From the NCBI GenBank assembly GCA_963820825.1, contig CAWGBN010000007.1:1-64000 (forward strand): 64,000 bases of DNA. Direction: 5' to 3'. Within the stretch, counting starts at the first letter, position 1. Each line of letters starts with the position of its first letter. Source of the DNA: Vulcanimicrobiota bacterium. Lineage in GTDB: Bacteria; Vulcanimicrobiota; Vulcanimicrobiia; Vulcanimicrobiales; Vulcanimicrobiaceae. The notes under the pieces are model-generated. The model searched no databases. It was not told where the DNA came from and was given only the letters and a program-made list of their open reading frames with translations. This document shows, piece after piece, positions 59,966 through 64,000 of this stretch. The position numbers and the translations under genes are program-made.

Positions 59966-61243
59966 ATTGTACAAGTCGCGCCGGGTCGATGGAAGGTCGA
60001 CGCGGCCGTCGGCGTGCGGCCGCGCGAGAAGCGATTGATAGACGCCGAGCCGGCCGGTGCGGAATCCCTGCGCGCTTCCGGCCATGTAGAGCCGCCAGAG
60101 GCGATAGCTCGCCTCTCCCGCTGCGGCGATCGCCGCAGCGCGATTGCGTTCGAGGTTCTTCACCCACTCGCGTAGCGTCCGGGCATAGTGCTCGCGCAGA
60201 TTCTCAACGTCGCGCACTTCGAAGCCGGCGCGCTCCGCCACGCCGAGACCTTCGGAGACGGCGACGAGCTCGCCGTCGGGAAAGATGAACCGCTCGATGA
60301 GGTCGCTCGCCGGTCTTAAACGCTGCCGCCGGCTCTCCTCGGCGATTGCGTGGTTGAGGAAGAGTCCGCCCGGGCGCAACGCATCGTAAGCCGCACGAAA
60401 ATACTGCGCAAAGCGCGACCGTCCGACGTGTTCGAACATCCCGACGCTCACGATCTTGTCGAACCTTTCGCCGCGCAGCTCGCGATAATCGCAGAGCTCG
60501 ACGGTCGCAAACGCCGAGACGCCCGCAGCCGCGATACGCCGCCGCGCTTCTTCATATTGCGGACGGCTCAAGGTGATCCCGAGCGCGTAGGCTCCCAGCT
60601 GCGCCGCCCGAATGACCAGCGCTCCCCAACCACAACCGATGTCGAGCAGACGCTCGCCGGGCGACAACCGCAGCTTATGCAGCGTGTAGCCGAGTTTCGC
60701 CGCTTGCGCATCCTCCAGGCAATGAACGCCCTCGTCGAAGTACGCGCACGAATAGACCATGTCGCGGTCGAGAAAGCTTCGGTAGAACCCGATCGGCTGG
60801 TCGTAATGAAAGCCGATTGCGGCGCGATCGCGCTTGCGCGAATGCGCCCGGCCGCGAAGCTTCGCCTCGCGCAGGCGCGGCGGCGATTCCTTCGGCAAGC
60901 GACGCAGCAGCGTCACGAGCCGCACGAGCTCGCGTCCGCGCAGCGACGCATTCGAATGTAAGAGCGTATCGACGGCGTCTTCCAGGCTTCCCTCGACGTC
61001 GAGCAGCCCCGCCGCTAAGGCCCGGGCCGCCGAGAGCTCGAGCGGGGGCGTAAATGCGGTGCGCAGCGCGCCCGGTGAGTTGACCTGCAGCACGAACCGC
61101 TCCTCGCCCGGTGCGGCGATGCGAGTTCCGTCCCAGAGACGAATGCCGAAATCGCGCGCGTATGCCTCGCGGAAGATCAGGCGAAGAACCGCGACGGCTA
61201 TCCGCGCGTTCGGGTCGTTCGAGGCGAACCGCTCAGCGCTCAA
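59954..61243 (-). CDS. cfa: Cyclopropane-fatty-acyl-phospholipid synthase family methyltransferase
   Basis: HYD, M.YSCAYF, LLDIGCGWG, SVGMFEHVG, IFPDG, HYA.TL..W; TTG start inferred. Confidence 0.93.
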   Translation of the reverse strand: MSAERFASNDPNARIAVAVLRLIFREAYARDFGIRLWDGTRIAAPGEERFVLQVNSPGALRTAFTPPLELSAARALAAGLLDVEGSLEDAVDTLLHSNASLRGRELVRLVTLLRRLPKESPPRLREAKLRGRAHSRKRDRAAIGFHYDQPIGFYRSFLDRDMVYSCAYFDEGVHCLEDAQAAKLGYTLHKLRLSPGERLLDIGCGWGALVIRAAQLGAYALGITLSRPQYEEARRRIAAAGVSAFATVELCDYRELRGERFDKIVSVGMFEHVGRSRFAQYFRAAYDALRPGGLFLNHAIAEESRRQRLRPASDLIERFIFPDGELVAVSEGLGVAERAGFEVRDVENLREHYARTLREWVKNLERNRAAAIAAAGEASYRLWRLYMAGSAQGFRTGRLGVYQSLLARPHADGRVDLPSTRRDLYNVSS

Positions 61244-61874
61244 ACGAAACGATTTGATTCGCTTCGCGGTGATTGGTCCAGAATCTCGAACCATCGTACG
61301 CGAGCGCCCGCGCCGCGAAGGGTATGCGCGCGAGATCCTCCGATCCGGAGCCGCCGTTGGCGGCGACTTTCGTCAAAAAGTACTCGCCGCTATCCTCGTC
61401 GTCGGTGGTGACGAGATAGAAAGCGCCGTCGAAGTAGCACTGCCCGCAGATCTGATGCGGCACCTCGATTTGACGCACGACCTTTCCCCGTTCGTCCAAA
61501 CCGAGAATGCGCCGATTGTACCACTGGCTCAGGTAGAGCCACGTGCCGTCGAAGCTCAACTGCGAACCCGTGAACTCGGGGCAGTCGATCGAGTCTTGCG
61601 TTTTGAAACCGTGGCCGGGAATGAACCGCCGGATGATGCGGTCGTCGTCCTCGCCGACCCCGCAGACCACGCGCAGCTCGTCGCCGACGACGGTCATCCC
61701 CCACGGCTTCCCCGGCACGTTATCTTCCTCGATGACGGTCCACTGCAGCGGATTGATCGCGTAGAGACGATCCGTATCGATCGACCCCATCCAGAGCTTA
61801 TCGCCGTCGAAGGCGAGCGCCTGAGGGCGCGGGGCGGGCGACGGCAACCTTAACGATTCTTTTACGTCTTGCAC
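61233..61874 (-). CDS. Hypothetical beta-propeller protein (glutaminyl cyclase-like repeats)
   Basis: LAFDG..LW, LSFDG..LY, LAYDG..FW repeats. Confidence 0.7.
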   Translation of the reverse strand: MQDVKESLRLPSPAPRPQALAFDGDKLWMGSIDTDRLYAINPLQWTVIEEDNVPGKPWGMTVVGDELRVVCGVGEDDDRIIRRFIPGHGFKTQDSIDCPEFTGSQLSFDGTWLYLSQWYNRRILGLDERGKVVRQIEVPHQICGQCYFDGAFYLVTTDDEDSGEYFLTKVAANGGSGSEDLARIPFAARALAYDGSRFWTNHREANQIVSFER

Positions 61875-61976
61875 GCTAGGAGCATACGTCGTTGGCGGAG
61901 GCCCACCTCTCCGGCCGGTCGCGGCGCGCCACCGCGCGTAAGTAGGGTAGACTTACAGAGCAATGGAGGGCGTGCC

Positions 61977-62900
61977 ATGCCGATCGTTCCGGTCACTGCG
62001 CCGCAGGCGGTAACGCCGGGCGGCGGCTTCGATTACGTCACCGTCGACGCGCAGCGGCAGCGCGTCTACGCCGCGCACGGCGGCGGCGGCGGATTATTGA
62101 TCGCCGATGCGTCGACCGGCAGCGTGCTGGGAATCGTCAAGGTCGGCCCGATGGCCGGCGTCGCCGTCGATCCGGCGACCGGTCACGTCTTCACGGGCAA
62201 CTCACGCGGCCGTTCGGTGAGCGAGGTCGACCCCGCATCGCAGAATATTCTGCGAACCGTGGCCGTCGACGGTCCGGTCGACGCGATCGCCTACGACCCG
62301 GCACTCAAGCGCATCTACGCCGACGAAGACAACGGGACACGCATCTTCGTGATCGACGCTACCGGCTTCACGCAGATCGCGACCGTGACGCTTCCCGGTC
62401 ATAAGCCGGAGTACGTTCAGGTCGATCCGCAGACGCACGAGGTCTACTAGAATATCTCGACCGACGATGCCGCCGTCAGCCAAATCGCCGTGATCGATCC
62501 GACTTCGCTGCGCGTCGTACGCGCGATCCCCACCCCGTTTCTGAAGAGCGATCATCCGCTGCAGTACGACGCCACGCACCGTGCGTTGTTCGTCGCCGGC
62601 GAGAACGGCGAGCTCGCCGTCTTCGATCGCTCCGGGAAGCTCTTACATAGAGTGGGCTATCCCGGCCGGGTCGATCAATGCAGTTGGGAGCCCTCGCGCG
62701 GTTGGCTCGCCTGCGCCGGCGGAGGCATCACCCTCTACTCCTTCGACGGCACGTCCGATCCCAAACTCCTCGCGACGCTCGCGGTCGCGCCGGGACTCCA
62801 TACGACGGCGATCGATCCGAGCACCGGAACGATTTGGGCGGTCTGGAGCGATCGCACCACCGGAGCGGCGCGGCTTCAGGGATTTACGTATAAGCCGTAG
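61977..62900 (+). pseudogene. YncE/YVTN-like beta-propeller gene interrupted by in-frame TAG at 62448
   Basis: RBS GGAGG; GGFDY.TVD....RVY.AH; ORFs 61869..62450 and 62490..62900 share one frame (EVY*NIS). Confidence 0.8.
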
Positions 62901-63722
62901 TTAGGGTGACGGTGCGGGACTCGGCAACGCGTTGTTGCAGAGCGCGGCACTCGCCATCACCGATTGCGCGGCCTCGTTTTCGCGCGTCGCGGTCGTATCG
63001 ATCGTCCAGTGCAGCGCGTCGATCAGGCGCGTCACCGGATTGTAGCCGAGCGCCAAGCCTGGAACCGTCGCCAAATCGATCGAGTACGGGTTCGGCGGAA
63101 GCCCGGCGTAGTTCGGATTCGCCTCGAGCGGATTCGGCCCGGGCGTTGCGATCTTCGCGTTGGTGTCGGGTTGAGCGATCGAGCTGATGTACGCCTCGCC
63201 GGCGTGCTGCAGATCGGCCATCTGCTGGGTATCGACGAACCCGCTGATGATATCGAGCGAAGCATTCTGCGCCGCGAGCGCCTTGAGCAGCTTATCGCGA
63301 ATCGACTGCAGCTCGCGATCGTCCTCCTCCACCCCGGTCGCGGTCGTGAGCTGCGGTGAATCGAGCGCGGTCTGAATCGCGATGATGTTGTTGGCGATCG
63401 GACGGATGAGGTTCTCCATCCCCTGCAGCGCCATATTCTGCGCGGGGTTCGAGGTGCTGCCGCCGGGATCGCCCCCCGGAGAGTTCTGAGCGCTGGTCGA
63501 GGCATCGTTGCCGTAGAGCGACGCGTCGTTATACTGCTTAAAGAGAGCGGGGCTTCGCTTGATCGTCGTATCGTTCTGCAGCATCATCCCGATCGCCGGC
63601 GCGATAACCTGATGGAGCCGGCTGCACAGCGGCCGCGTAACGACGCGGTAAATCTGGGGCGGCGGCGTCGGCGACGCGCCAACCACGAGGAGCGCCGCCA
63701 TCAACGCGACTATTGCTCGCAC
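62901..63722 (-). CDS. Hypothetical secreted helical protein
   Basis: Signal peptide; PPQI..V..RP.C N-terminus and a C-terminal Cys. Confidence 0.7.
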   Translation of the reverse strand: MRAIVALMAALLVVGASPTPPPQIYRVVTRPLCSRLHQVIAPAIGMMLQNDTTIKRSPALFKQYNDASLYGNDASTSAQNSPGGDPGGSTSNPAQNMALQGMENLIRPIANNIIAIQTALDSPQLTTATGVEEDDRELQSIRDKLLKALAAQNASLDIISGFVDTQQMADLQHAGEAYISSIAQPDTNAKIATPGPNPLEANPNYAGLPPNPYSIDLATVPGLALGYNPVTRLIDALHWTIDTTATRENEAAQSVMASAALCNNALPSPAPSP

Positions 63723-63773
63723 ATTATCTCTCTACGGCTAAGACGCCCGGAGGCACCTGCCTGTGACCCTCGC

Positions 63774-63818
63774 CCTTCGACTCCGCATCGCTCCGCGATG
63801 CTGCGCTCAGGATGACAC
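63774..63818 (+). repeat. REP-like element with internal hairpin
   Basis: CCTTCGACTCC-GCATCGC-tcc-GCGATGC-TGCGCTCAGGATGACAC. Confidence 0.8.
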
Positions 63819-63830
63819 GGCGGGTGGCCG

Positions 63831-64000
63831 TCAGATATATTTGACGAGCCAGTCGAGGATGAGACGGAGCCGCTCCACGCGGTGCAGCGGCGCGCCGGTG
63901 CGCGAGAGGTCGTGATTCTCGTCGGGAACGGCCACGTACTCGACCGTGCGCCCGAGAATCTTCAGCGAGGTATACTCCTGCAGTGTCTGATCGATCGGCG
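63831..64000 (-). CDS. C-terminus of an S9 family (prolyl oligopeptidase-like) peptidase, partial
   Basis: PIDQ..Q.YT.LK.LG..VEYV..P.ENHDLSR.G.P..R..RL..I.DW. Confidence 0.85.
   Translation of the reverse strand, partial: PIDQTLQEYTSLKILGRTVEYVAVPDENHDLSRTGAPLHRVERLRLILDWLVKYI

Overview
GC-rich bacterial chromosomal window. The gene repertoire points to Candidatus Eremiobacterota/Vulcanimicrobiota (inference, not a database result): many paralogous lipoprotein beta-propellers of the GloVer, NHL, lactonase and HAF types, duplicated phosphoesterases, and a TonB receptor alongside a Terrabacteria-type rpoC. Core genes are rpoC (with no rpoB next to it), tsaD, lemA with two TPM genes, cfa and two tRNA-Arg genes. 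The first ~13 kb is an accessory array of secreted beta-propeller lipoproteins, some mosaic or broken. 45.5-55 kb is a general-stress cluster (PP2C-HATPase, STAS, PfpI, UdgX, Crp). The strongest signals not in the ORF track are: (1) a 25-aa Tyr-rich leader peptide (MLVLKAVAYYYYGYFDRSRPGGSLQ) between a near-consensus sigma70 promoter and an intrinsic terminator, directly ahead of a heme-oxygenase-like diiron enzyme gene; (2) a 20-aa hydrophobic peptide with a strong RBS right behind a MalT/LuxR-type regulator, a candidate peptide-signalling pair; (3) an MprA-like direct-repeat box at a fixed distance from the -10 of three genes, one a TonB receptor with an unusual duplicated C-terminal extension; (4) a GGGTAN motif 9-10 nt before the starts of stress genes; (5) a family of REP-like repeats. 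Several frameshifts, one in-frame TAG and one ACG start may be assembly errors.
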